IMG/VR virus record: IMGVR_UViG_3300025635_000081
Span: 1 to 35,975 of that record
Length of the DNA stretch: 35,975 bases
Reading direction: 5' to 3' (one strand)
Source of the DNA: a virus
Taxonomy: Duplodnaviria; Caudoviricetes
Shown: positions 15,199 through 24,082 of the stretch, in pieces
How positions within the stretch are numbered: position 1 is the first letter of the stretch
Layout of the letters: each line of letters opens with the position of its first letter
Notes under the pieces: model-generated
What the model saw: only the letters and a program-made list of their open reading frames with translations
Told to the model about the DNA's origin: nothing
Database searches by the model: none
Made by a program: the position numbers and the translations under genes

Positions 15199-15816
15199 GT
15201 GTCCAATAACCAAAACACATCCCACGCCGTCATGGCGCAGCGGCACGAGCCCGCAGATTCGCTCGATGACTTCCCGACACCGCCGTGGGCTACGCGAGCC
15301 TTGTCACATTTTTTGTTAACCAACGGTCTGATCGAGATTGGTGATCTTGTGAAAGAGCCTGCATGCAATCGTGGCCACATGGTACGGCCCTTAAAAGAAT
15401 TTTTCGTGGTGGCGGGATCTGACATCCACGACTATGGATGCGGGTTTCAAGTTCAGGATTATCTTACCTCGATCAAAATTCTGGTGCCGTGGACCATAAC
15501 TAATCCGCCTTTTCGATTGGCAGAGGCGTTTTATAAAACAGCACGAGAGCGGTCGATGAAAGGTGTCGCGTTTTTTGTGCGGACTGCATTCTTGGAATCG
15601 GTAGGCCGGTATAACGGGATCTTTGCCAATGATCGGCCATCCCACATCCTGCAATTTTCAGAGCGGGTGGTAATTCACAAAGGCAAACTGGCCCCCAAGG
15701 GCAGTACCGCGACGGCATATTGCTGGGTAATCTGGACGGGGAAACCAAGATATACACTATTCCACTGGATACCCCCCTGCCGCAAAGATTTGGAGTACCC
15801 CCATGACTACATCTGA
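15199..15816 (+). CDS. Orphan amino (probably N6-adenine) DNA methyltransferase
   Basis: DDFPTPPWAT, SAM-binding EPACNRGHM, SDIHDYG, catalytic ITNPPF. Confidence 0.85.
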   Translation: MSNNQNTSHAVMAQRHEPADSLDDFPTPPWATRALSHFLLTNGLIEIGDLVKEPACNRGHMVRPLKEFFVVAGSDIHDYGCGFQVQDYLTSIKILVPWTITNPPFRLAEAFYKTARERSMKGVAFFVRTAFLESVGRYNGIFANDRPSHILQFSERVVIHKGKLAPKGSTATAYCWVIWTGKPRYTLFHWIPPCRKDLEYPHDYI

Positions 15817-16033
15817 TGACCTCCGCTCGTGGCTGAAGCGCCACGGCCTCGTGCAGTCCGACCTCGCCCTGATCTGCGGCGTGACGGAGCGTTGCGTGCG
15901 CATGTGGGTATCCGGCTGCACCGCCATCCCCAAGACCCTCCTGCTGCTCATGCAGGCCGTGGATGACGGCAAGATCGACATCGCGTGGCTGGCGCAGGTT
16001 GTCAGCCAGCAAACAGAAAGGACGGCGGCCTAG
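15803..16033 (+). CDS. XRE-like HTH transcription regulator
   Basis: LRSWLKRHGLVQSDLALICGVTERCVRMWVSG; GGAG RBS. Confidence 0.8.
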   Translation: MTTSDDLRSWLKRHGLVQSDLALICGVTERCVRMWVSGCTAIPKTLLLLMQAVDDGKIDIAWLAQVVSQQTERTAA

Positions 16034-16051
16034 AGCCGCCGTTTTCTTTTT
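16022..16051 (+). terminator. Rho-independent terminator ending the early/MTase transcript
   Basis: ACGGCGGC-CTAGA-GCCGCCGT followed by TTTCTTTTT. Confidence 0.75.
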
Positions 16052-16317
16052 GGGGCTCAAAAGGGGCGTTGGGGCGCAGGGGCGCAAAGAATTTACCTCG
16101 GCTACCATATATATTAAATTTTTTTTTATTTGTAAATTTGCTTTACATTACCGCCTGTTTACATAAAATTTTTCTCATACGGAGTTCTTATATATTTTTA
16201 AGCACCATAAGCCCCAAAATAAAATAAAATATTGTTTTATAAAGAAAAAACCTTGGGGCGTAAAAAAGGGGCGCAAAGTTTTTCCCGCGCCCCTTTACCA
16301 TGTTTTAAGCCCCTAAA
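16052..16317. other. AT-rich non-coding region flanked by GGGGCG repeats; candidate replication origin
   Basis: GGGGCG at about 16063, 16071, 16079, 16255, 16268 and inverted CGCCCC at about 16288, around an A/T-rich core; abuts the primase 3' end. Confidence 0.5.
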
Positions 16318-18834
16318 TCAAAATGGAGTATCAGAAAAATCCCTGTCACCATCGTGGTGCTCGCGAATCAGCTTTTTTGCCTCGCTGTCGGTCAACTTGT
16401 TGCGATTGTACCAAACGTAATGGTTGACCCTGCTTTTAAGCTTCATGCGCCGCCCTTCGATCGGTGTAAGGCCCATGTCCGACAAGAGATGCGCAAGCTG
16501 CTTGCGGGTCGGAAGGCTCTTGCCGTCGAACAAGGCCGCCTTGCCCAGCTCTGTGACATCGAGAAGGTCGCGAGAGATGATCGGCGAGCTGTAATCCTCG
16601 ATCGCGGCCTCAAGGTCGTCGCGCTCCTCGGAGACATTCAAGCTGCGCATCGACGACAGGCCATCGGTTTCAGGTGCCCGCCCCTCCGGGTCGAAACCAG
16701 CATCAACTTTCCAGTCCAACAGAAACCGGCCAATGGCGTCTGCGCGCCGCGCGGTCTCGGCGAACAGCTTCCTGAAATACTCCGCCGTCGCCTCCGGGCC
16801 ACCAAGATGCGCCAGAAGCTCCTCCTTGCGCGTGTAGCGGGTCGTGATCACGCAGTAGCGCCGGTCGTTGTCCGAAACTGGAATGGCGTCGGCGTGATTT
16901 GTGGACATCATGTAGGAGGCAAAGTTGGGAACGGACCGCTCGTCCTTGCCCTTGAAGATGACCGAGATCGTGTCGTCCGAGATCATGGGCTTCATCTTGT
17001 CGAGGATCGCATACTTGTTCGTCCCTGCGATGCGGATCTCGTCGATGTTGATCAGCAGCGCGTTGGCCGCCCAGCCGGTAAACTCGGAATTGATAGCCGT
17101 CGTGCCGACCGTCTTGGCGTTGTGGCCGTACAGGCGCTGCATGACCGTAAAGCAGTAGGTCTTGCCCGCCCCCTCGATGCCGTGCATTAGCAGCGCCCAG
17201 CGCACTCTCTTGCCGGGGTTCTGGTACACATAGGCCATGAAGTTAAGGACGATGCGGCGCTCCCGCTCTGAGGGGATCAGGTTGTTCAGGTGGCCCAAGA
17301 ACAGGTCCACCACCGCCTGCCCGTCAGCATCGCCCTCGAGCGTCGCGCAGGGCTCGACGCCGCTCTCCTCGTAGGTGTTCAGATAGCGCAGGCCCCGGTG
17401 CTCGAAGAACGTCCCCGCGCCCGGCCAGAACATCAAGTCGGCGACCTTGGGGATATGACAGACGTTAAGGGCGAAGCTGGCCGCGTCCGTCTCCGCCATT
17501 TGCACTTCGCCTTTCCCGCCGTAGCTGGCCTTGAAGGCGGCGGGAATGATCGAATGCCGTACCGAGATGCGCTCGAACGTGTTATCGGCCTCACAGAAGG
17601 CCCAGTCCGATAGCCAGTCGGGTCCAGAGAACGGCCCTTCCACCATCCCCGCCTCTGAACCCGACTGCTCCCCCACTGCGCCCGGCCCCCTCCGCCGGGC
17701 GGGTCGAAAATCCCGCTTAACTTCCCCCTTCGACATGCCCCCACTCTTGCCGAAGCTCTCGAAGGCCGCCAGCGCCAAGGCCGAGCGCATAGCCACAGGT
17801 AGGGCGGTCTCGCTCATCGCGCGAACCCGGTCGCGCAGGGCGATGTAGGAGCCCATGTCGGCCAAACCCCTCGCCTCCGCCTCCAGAGCCACGAACGTGT
17901 CGCCGGCAGGCTCCAGCTCCAGAGCCTGCCGCAAGCCACCAACATGCTTGATGATTGAGGCCATCGTCTTCGGTCGAGCCCGGCCACCGAAGGAGCGGTA
18001 CTTCGTGCGCATCTCGCGCGAGTTGTGCTTGGGCGACTTTTCGGACCACGATACCCAGCGCCTATAACCCTCGTCCGAGCCCTCGAACTGGTGATAGAGC
18101 GCCATGCCGACTTCAGCCCAGCCGTCGTAGTCAAGCGGTTCCGCTGGCCAACGCTCGAGAATGTTATCCACAGCCTCCGGCGTCAGGTCGAGCGGGCGTT
18201 GGGCAAGGGCAAATTCGAGATCATCCACGCCTCCCGATCCGAAATCGTCATTTGGGATGTTGGACGACTGCTCAGTTGTCCAAGTCTTCGCTGTCACGAA
18301 ATCCTCAACCGAAAGAGGCTGATTGTCGATCGTCAGGGACCACGGCTCGACGCCCTGCTGATGCGACGGCAGAAACATGAGTTGCGCCCAGACATAAGAA
18401 CAAGCATCGATCTCGCCGATCGGCTTGAGGATTTCCGCAATTCTCTCCACTATGGCTTTGTGTTCGGCCTGATCGACGGGGCGCGAAAGTAGAATACATA
18501 TCCTGATGCGCGGCTTGTCAGGCGTGTGCCGAAAGGTTGAGTAAGCAACAAAAGACCACGGCAAATTCATACGCAGAAAAAGTTCAACCTCAACAATATC
18601 GACAAAGACTGCATCCATGTCGGCGATGACAGTCGTGCGCGAGGCAATGTTATCATCGGCACGATTACGCTTCGGGTCTTTGAGTGGACCGCCAATAAAC
18701 GCCCCTCTCGCCTTCGAAGCCTCTTTGTTTGGATACTCGATAGACCGCGTCAATGTGTCGCGGAACTTTTCCCAAGGCAATGAACGCAACTGTGCAGTGG
18801 CAAAGTTTGGGCAGTAGGTGAAATCCACCATCAT
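16318..18834 (-). CDS. Primase-helicase (primase domain, PriCT-2, DUF5906/SF3-like P-loop helicase)
   Basis: ADMD, YSTFRHT..PRIR; PriCT-2-like YDGWAEVGMAL...W.SWS.KS.K; Walker A GIEGAGKT, Walker B INIDE, MSTNH.DAI. Confidence 0.9.
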   Translation of the reverse strand: MMVDFTYCPNFATAQLRSLPWEKFRDTLTRSIEYPNKEASKARGAFIGGPLKDPKRNRADDNIASRTTVIADMDAVFVDIVEVELFLRMNLPWSFVAYSTFRHTPDKPRIRICILLSRPVDQAEHKAIVERIAEILKPIGEIDACSYVWAQLMFLPSHQQGVEPWSLTIDNQPLSVEDFVTAKTWTTEQSSNIPNDDFGSGGVDDLEFALAQRPLDLTPEAVDNILERWPAEPLDYDGWAEVGMALYHQFEGSDEGYRRWVSWSEKSPKHNSREMRTKYRSFGGRARPKTMASIIKHVGGLRQALELEPAGDTFVALEAEARGLADMGSYIALRDRVRAMSETALPVAMRSALALAAFESFGKSGGMSKGEVKRDFRPARRRGPGAVGEQSGSEAGMVEGPFSGPDWLSDWAFCEADNTFERISVRHSIIPAAFKASYGGKGEVQMAETDAASFALNVCHIPKVADLMFWPGAGTFFEHRGLRYLNTYEESGVEPCATLEGDADGQAVVDLFLGHLNNLIPSERERRIVLNFMAYVYQNPGKRVRWALLMHGIEGAGKTYCFTVMQRLYGHNAKTVGTTAINSEFTGWAANALLINIDEIRIAGTNKYAILDKMKPMISDDTISVIFKGKDERSVPNFASYMMSTNHADAIPVSDNDRRYCVITTRYTRKEELLAHLGGPEATAEYFRKLFAETARRADAIGRFLLDWKVDAGFDPEGRAPETDGLSSMRSLNVSEERDDLEAAIEDYSSPIISRDLLDVTELGKAALFDGKSLPTRKQLAHLLSDMGLTPIEGRRMKLKSRVNHYVWYNRNKLTDSEAKKLIREHHDGDRDFSDTPF

Positions 18835-19049
18835 TGCACTCCCCCATCGATTTTCTTTTCGTCTGTCGTCTGGTTTTCTTTTTCGATTTCAGTGAGTTCG
18901 CCTGACAGTGCCGATTTGACATCCTCAAGATCAAAACGTCGATGCCCGGACGGGAGCAGCACAAACGGAATATGGCCGCTTTTGGCCAGCCTGTTGACAG
19001 TCGTCTTGGTTAACCCAAGCGCCTTGCCGAGTTTTGTGGATGTAAGCAT
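18831..19049 (-). CDS. MerR/excisionase-like HTH DNA-binding protein
   Basis: MLTSTKLGKALGLTKTTVNRLAKSGHIPFVLLPSGHRRFDLEDV; ATGA-coupled to the primase. Confidence 0.8.
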   Translation of the reverse strand: MLTSTKLGKALGLTKTTVNRLAKSGHIPFVLLPSGHRRFDLEDVKSALSGELTEIEKENQTTDEKKIDGGVQ

Positions 19050-19067
19050 GGTTTTCTCAGGGAGAAT

Positions 19068-19096
19068 TTGACACAAATCGGACAATAACGTATCTA
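19068..19096 (+). promoter_or_regulatory. Putative sigma70 promoter for the rightward replication operon
   Basis: TTGACA-17 nt-TATCTA. Confidence 0.45.
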
Positions 19097-19106
19097 AACG
19101 AAGCAG

Positions 19107-19184
19107 GCAAGCCTGTAGAGCAAGCCTGTAGAGCAAGCCTGTAGAGCAAGTCTGTAGAGCAAGCCTGTAGAGCAAGCCTGTAGA
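19107..19184 (+). repeat. Tandem repeat, 6 x 13 bp (GCAAGCCTGTAGA)
   Basis: Six contiguous copies, one with a C>T change, in the divergent intergenic region. Confidence 0.95.
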
Positions 19185-19212
19185 AATGAAACACAAACGG
19201 AGACGATAGAAG

Positions 19213-19677
19213 ATGATCGAAGACGCGATTAACCGCCTCGCTGCGGCAATTGAAGCACAAAATCTAATTCAAGCCGAGAATCAGCGCCTCTTTGCGGAAT
19301 TGGTAGCAGCGGGCCGACCGGTGACACCCGCCGCCGCTGTTGTAATTGAGAACGCACCCAAAGCCGAGCAGAAAGTTGAGCGCAAGTCAAAGAAACCCCC
19401 GGAAGTAATTTCCGCTAAGGAACCCGTTGCGGAACCCGTTGCGGAACCTGAAACAAACACGCGCACCATCACCCGCAAAGATTTGACGGACTTTGCTCTC
19501 AGTCTTTCGCGTCAGGACAGCACGTTCGGCGCACGGATCAAGGCTGTGCTTGCGATTTACGGGGCGAAGACCATTTCGGTGCTGGACGAGGACAAGATAG
19601 GAATTGTTTTTGCCGAGCTGAACAATATGGCGCAGGAATTGGCGCGCGAGCCGGGCGAGGAGGGCGAGGAGGGCTGA
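19213..19677 (+). CDS. Hypothetical protein heading the replication module
   Basis: GGAG RBS; occupies the usual position upstream of DUF2800; internal EPVA repeat. Confidence 0.8.
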   Translation: MIEDAINRLAAAIEAQNLIQAENQRLFAELVAAGRPVTPAAAVVIENAPKAEQKVERKSKKPPEVISAKEPVAEPVAEPETNTRTITRKDLTDFALSLSRQDSTFGARIKAVLAIYGAKTISVLDEDKIGIVFAELNNMAQELAREPGEEGEEG

Positions 19678-20786
19678 TGACCCTTCACGCCAAACTTAGC
19701 GCCAGCGGCGCGCATCGCTGGATGAACTGTCCGGGTTCGGTTGCCGCAGAAGATGGCATTCCTGATCGCACGTCGTCTTTCGCTGAGGAGGGCACACTGG
19801 CGCACGACATTGTCGAACGTGCGCTCAGACTAGGGTTCAATTGCGATACGATTTGCGATCGGCCCGATATGGCCGAGCCGGCGCAAGTCTACGTTGACTA
19901 TGTTCGCGCCCTGCCCGGCCAACATCGCTTCATCGAAACGCGCGTCAGTTTCGAAGAGTGGGTGCCGGGCGGTTTTGGAACAGCGGACAGTATTGTTATC
20001 GACGAAAGCACACGAACTCTTCACATCAGTGACCTGAAGTTTGGCAAAGGGGTTAGGGTCGATGCCGAACACAATCCGCAGGCGCTCCTGTACGCCCTCG
20101 GAGCCTATCATGCCTTCGGTTTCATTCACGACATTGAACGTGTCAAGATCGCTATCATTCAGCCGCGTATTGATCACATCAGTGAGTGGGAAATCACCAT
20201 TACTGATCTGTTAAAGTGGGGCGAGATCGCGCGCACAGCGGCAGAAGAAACAACAAAGGCCAATGCGCCACGAGTACCCGGCGACAAACAGTGTCGCTTC
20301 TGCAAAGCCAAGGCAACTTGCCCCGCCCTCTGGGAGAAGACGCAGAAGGCGTTGATGTCCGAGTTTGAAGACTTGGACATCAAGCCTGTTAATAAACTCA
20401 CCGACAACCAATTGCGCATGGCGCTTGAGGCGAAGCCCCTGATTGAGGCTTGGTTAAGTGCCGTTGAACGCCTTGTTACCGAACGCATAGCCGAGGGTAA
20501 AGATTTTCCCGGCTTCAAGATTGTCGAGGGACGCAGCATCAGGCAGTGGAAGGACCAAGACGTTGGGTCGACCCTAGAATTTCTTTTGGGGGATGACGCC
20601 TACGTTAGGAAGCTGATTAGTCCATCACAGGCTGAGAAACTATTGGGCAGGGCTCACAAAGACAAGATCGAACCTTATGTGATCAAGCCACGGGGCAAAC
20701 CAACACTGACAAGCGATAAAGATCCCCGCCCCGCAATCACCATAAGCGCAAGCGATTTTGATGTAAGTGTGGACACAGAAGAATAA
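19677..20786 (+). CDS. DUF2800 Cas4-like PD-(D/E)xK exonuclease
   Basis: HAKLSASGAHRWMNCPGS, EEGTLAH, GFGTAD, DLKFGKG, NPQ..LYALGA, QPR, CRFCKAKATC. Confidence 0.9.
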   Translation: MTLHAKLSASGAHRWMNCPGSVAAEDGIPDRTSSFAEEGTLAHDIVERALRLGFNCDTICDRPDMAEPAQVYVDYVRALPGQHRFIETRVSFEEWVPGGFGTADSIVIDESTRTLHISDLKFGKGVRVDAEHNPQALLYALGAYHAFGFIHDIERVKIAIIQPRIDHISEWEITITDLLKWGEIARTAAEETTKANAPRVPGDKQCRFCKAKATCPALWEKTQKALMSEFEDLDIKPVNKLTDNQLRMALEAKPLIEAWLSAVERLVTERIAEGKDFPGFKIVEGRSIRQWKDQDVGSTLEFLLGDDAYVRKLISPSQAEKLLGRAHKDKIEPYVIKPRGKPTLTSDKDPRPAITISASDFDVSVDTEE

Positions 20787-20869
20787 AGTTTGCGGAAAGA
20801 GTATTTTCGTGCAAACTTTAAGACGCCCAATCACGGGCAATAAACGCAGAGAGTAAAAGGAAACGTAAA

Positions 20870-21400
20870 ATGGCAAAAATCAAACTGAACAACGTGCGCC
20901 TCTCGTTCCCGAACCTGTTCAAGAAGGCAGTGTTCTCCGGTGAAGAGACCAAGTACGAAGCCACTTTTCTCCTCGACAAGAAGCAGCACGCTGATCTGAT
21001 CAAACAGATCGATGGGGAGATCGCTGCGGCTGTTAAGGAGAAGTGGCAGGGTAAAGTCAAAAATGTGCCCGCCGACAAGCTGTTTATGAAGGACGGCGAT
21101 AACTTTGAATACGCTGGCTACGCTGGCAATATGTCGGTCAAGGCTTCGAGCAAAACGCGCCCGATCTGTGTTGATCGTGATCGTTCGCCGATTACCGAGG
21201 ACGACAATAAGTTGTACGCCGGCTGCTACGTCAACGGTATCATTGAGATCTGGGTGCAGGACAACAGCTACGGCAAGCGTGTGAACGCGAACCTGCTGGG
21301 CGTCCAGTTCTTCAAGGATGGCGAGCCCTTCGCGGATGGTGTTAAGGCCAGTGTAGACGACTTTGACGCCTTCGAAAACGAGGTCGATGACTTCGTGTGA
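20870..21400 (+). CDS. DUF2815 ssDNA-binding protein (T7 gp2.5-like)
   Basis: NVRLSFPNLF, KYEATFL, KDGD, YAGCYVN, LLGVQFFKDGEPF, acidic C-tail. Confidence 0.9.
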   Translation: MAKIKLNNVRLSFPNLFKKAVFSGEETKYEATFLLDKKQHADLIKQIDGEIAAAVKEKWQGKVKNVPADKLFMKDGDNFEYAGYAGNMSVKASSKTRPICVDRDRSPITEDDNKLYAGCYVNGIIEIWVQDNSYGKRVNANLLGVQFFKDGEPFADGVKASVDDFDAFENEVDDFV

Positions 21401-21438
21401 TAGTTAGCGGCGTTCGATAGCTCCAACGCCGTAAGAGG

Positions 21439-21476
21439 AGCCGCCCAAAGTTGTGACATTCTTTGGGCGGCTTTTT
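21439..21476 (+). terminator. Intra-operon terminator between SSB and polymerase
   Basis: AGCCGCCCAAAG-N10-CTTTGGGCGGCT+TTTT. Confidence 0.7.
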
Positions 21477-21502
21477 ACTAAACTTACCCGAGGCTACTCC
21501 TC

Positions 21503-23281
21503 ATGCTGATCGTTGACGTTGAAGTCTACCGCAATTACTTTTTGTGCATGTTCAAGGACATCGAGACCGGCAAATCTGCCGCTTTCGAGATGTTCGACGG
21601 GCAGCCATTCAACGCAAGTCGCGTGTCAGAGTTGATGCGCGGTCATGTGACGATCGGCTTCAACAGCAACAGCTATGACCTGTTCCTGATTGCCGCCGCC
21701 ATCAGTGGATGGTCCTGCGCCAAACTGAAGGCGCTCTCCGACGAGATCATCAAGAGCAACTTCCCGACGTGGCGCATTGCGAGAGATCGGCAGGTGCGAA
21801 TATCCCCGCAATGGGATCACATCGATCTCATTGAAGTTGCACCGGGTCAGGCCAGCCTCAAGATCTACGGCGGTCGCCTGCATTGCCCGACGATGCAGGA
21901 GCTGCCCATTGAGCCGGACGCCGACATCAAACCGGCGCAGCGACAGGGGCTGCGCGCCTACTGCAAGAACGATCTTGATACAACAGAGAGCCTTTTTAGA
22001 AAGCTGGAGGCAGCCATCAAGCTGCGCGTAGAGATGGGCAAGCAATATGGCGGTATTGATCTGCGCAGCAAGAGTGACGCGCAGATCGCCGAGGCGGTGA
22101 TCAAGCATGAACTGAGCGAGATGACGGGAAAAGAGTACCGCCCGCCCAAGGCCGACATAGGCGGCGTCGTCAGCTATGTGAACCCGAAGATCGTGGCGTT
22201 CGAAGGCGCAGACCTGAACGAGACATTCATGCGCATCCTGAAGACCGGCTTCCCTATCGGGCTGAACGGCTCGGTGAAGATGCCGGACTGGCTGGCCAAG
22301 AAGCGCATCCGCATCGGCAAGACGGACTACCAGATGGGCATCGGCGGCCTGCACTCTTGCGAGAAGTGTCAGAGCATCGTGGCCGGCCCTGACGAGATTC
22401 TCGCCGATTTTGACGTAGCCAGCTACTACCCGAGCATCATCCTGAAGCTGCGCCTCGCGCCGCCGAAGATGGGCGATGACTTCCTGAAGGTCTATCAGGG
22501 CATCGTCACGCGCCGACTAAAAGCAAAACAAGGTGGTGACAAGCTCACCGCTGACACGTTGAAGATCGTCGTGAACGGATCGTTCGGAAAGCTAGGGAGC
22601 ATGTACAGCGCACTCTACGCGCCGGAGCTGATGATCCAGACCACGATCACCGGGCAGCTCTGCCTGCTGATGCTGATCGAGCGGCTGGAGGTGGCAGGCA
22701 TCCGCGTCGTGAGCGCGAACACTGACGGCATCGTCGTGCATTGCCACAAGGACATGGCCGTCGATCTGGAGGGCATCACGTTCGACTGGATGCTCGACAC
22801 CAGCTTCGAGCTGGAGCGCGCCGACTATCGCGCCATCCACAGCCGCGACGTGAACAATTACATCGCCGTCAAGAAGGACGGCTCGACCAAGCGCAAGGGC
22901 GTCTACGCCGAGCCGGCCCTGTCGAAGAACCCCGAGTTCACGATCGTGGCCGACGCAATTGCTGAGTTCTTGAGTAAGGGAATGCCGGTCGGGCGCACTA
23001 TCGAAAACTGTCGAGATTTGACGAAGTTTGTTTCAATTCGTCGCGTTGAAGGTGGTGGCATTTGGCGCGGTGCGTATCTTGGTAAATCAGTGCGTTTCTA
23101 TTACTCGACTGAGGTCAATCCAGATGAGCAGATTTCTTACGCCAAGAATAAAAACAAAGTGCCTAAGACAGACGGCGCACGTCCAATGATGACGTTGCCG
23201 ACAGAGTTTCCCGCAGATGTCGACTTTGGCAGATACATCACTCTTGCGCGCGAGGGGTTGAAGGATATGGGGGCCTTGTGA
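21503..23281 (+). CDS. Family B DNA polymerase with N-terminal 3'-5' exonuclease
   Basis: Exo DVEVY, GFNSNSYD, YCKNDL; motif A DFDVASYYPSII, motif B KIVVNGSFGK, motif C ANTDG. Confidence 0.9.
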   Translation: MLIVDVEVYRNYFLCMFKDIETGKSAAFEMFDGQPFNASRVSELMRGHVTIGFNSNSYDLFLIAAAISGWSCAKLKALSDEIIKSNFPTWRIARDRQVRISPQWDHIDLIEVAPGQASLKIYGGRLHCPTMQELPIEPDADIKPAQRQGLRAYCKNDLDTTESLFRKLEAAIKLRVEMGKQYGGIDLRSKSDAQIAEAVIKHELSEMTGKEYRPPKADIGGVVSYVNPKIVAFEGADLNETFMRILKTGFPIGLNGSVKMPDWLAKKRIRIGKTDYQMGIGGLHSCEKCQSIVAGPDEILADFDVASYYPSIILKLRLAPPKMGDDFLKVYQGIVTRRLKAKQGGDKLTADTLKIVVNGSFGKLGSMYSALYAPELMIQTTITGQLCLLMLIERLEVAGIRVVSANTDGIVVHCHKDMAVDLEGITFDWMLDTSFELERADYRAIHSRDVNNYIAVKKDGSTKRKGVYAEPALSKNPEFTIVADAIAEFLSKGMPVGRTIENCRDLTKFVSIRRVEGGGIWRGAYLGKSVRFYYSTEVNPDEQISYAKNKNKVPKTDGARPMMTLPTEFPADVDFGRYITLAREGLKDMGAL

Positions 23282-23282
23282 T

Positions 23283-23816
23283 ATGAAAACGTATCTCTAT
23301 AGGCATTTTAATGCGGACAATGAGCTTCTTTATGTTGGCATATCTCTCAGCGCATTAAACCGTCTTGGGCAGCACAGAGACAATTCGCATTGGTTCGACA
23401 CAATATCCCGTGTCGATATTCAAAAATTTGATACTAAAGAAGAAGCTCTCAGTGCTGAAACATTGGCTATTCGCGAAGAAAAGCCGAGGCACAACATAAA
23501 GAAACAGGGGGACATAAAAGAAGAAGAAAAAATGCAAAGAAAAACAATTATAAACGCTGAATTTTCGCGCAAAGATCTTACAAGTAAAATTGTATATTTC
23601 AACGTGATCTACACGCATCAAGAGGTTGCGCGCATCCTCAAAATATCGACTTCTGCTGTGAAATTATTGATCCATGAGAAGAAACTTGGATCAATAATCT
23701 TGCCCCCAAGAAAAAATGGAATGACTTCTCATGGTACACCACACAAACCAAAAGAAGTTATCAGTGGATGGCAGTTGATAACCTACCTTGAGACATTGCA
23801 TGAGGGGACGTTTTAA
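23283..23816 (+). CDS. GIY-YIG-family endonuclease with C-terminal HTH
   Basis: YLYRHFNADNELLYVGIS...R..QH...E..AI..EKP.HN; visibly AT-rich relative to its flanks. Confidence 0.8.
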   Translation: MKTYLYRHFNADNELLYVGISLSALNRLGQHRDNSHWFDTISRVDIQKFDTKEEALSAETLAIREEKPRHNIKKQGDIKEEEKMQRKTIINAEFSRKDLTSKIVYFNVIYTHQEVARILKISTSAVKLLIHEKKLGSIILPPRKNGMTSHGTPHKPKEVISGWQLITYLETLHEGTF

Positions 23817-24082
23817 TGCGTGAGAAGCAAATAGAACAGGCTTTGGTCTACCGCGTGAAGGAGCTGGGCGGCTTGTGCGAGAAGTTCGTGTCGCCCGGTC
23901 GCCGCAGCGTGCCCGACCGGCTGGTGACGCTCCCCGGCGGCAAGATCATCTTCGTCGAGCTGAAAGCTCCCGGCAACAAGCCGACCGAGGCGCAGCGTCG
24001 TGACCATGAGCGTCGCCGCGCGCTGGGCTGCGAGGTGCGCGTGATCGATAACATGGACGATGTGCATGCTTTCCCGTACTGA
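23816..24082 (+). CDS. VRR-NUC nuclease
   Basis: MREKQIEQAL...GGLCEKFVSPG..SVPDRLV..PGG...FVELKAPG.KPT..Q. Confidence 0.9.
   Translation: MREKQIEQALVYRVKELGGLCEKFVSPGRRSVPDRLVTLPGGKIIFVELKAPGNKPTEAQRRDHERRRALGCEVRVIDNMDDVHAFPY

Noticed and set aside
19107-19184. Possible CRISPR array near a Cas4-like gene
   Set aside because: Repeats are contiguous 13-mers with no spacers; DUF2800 is a normal member of this replication module.
19050-19196. N-terminal extension of the HTH ORF through the 13-bp repeats
   Set aside because: It is translated repeat DNA; the HTH domain starts at ATG 19049.
20786-20818. AAGTTTGC...GCAAACTT inverted repeat with a CGGAAA core as a fourth early operator
   Set aside because: Arm spacing and sequence do not match CGGAA-N5-TTCCG and there is no matching promoter; at most an RNA hairpin.
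21626-22354. 242-aa minus-strand ORF
   Set aside because: Antisense shadow of the DNA polymerase.
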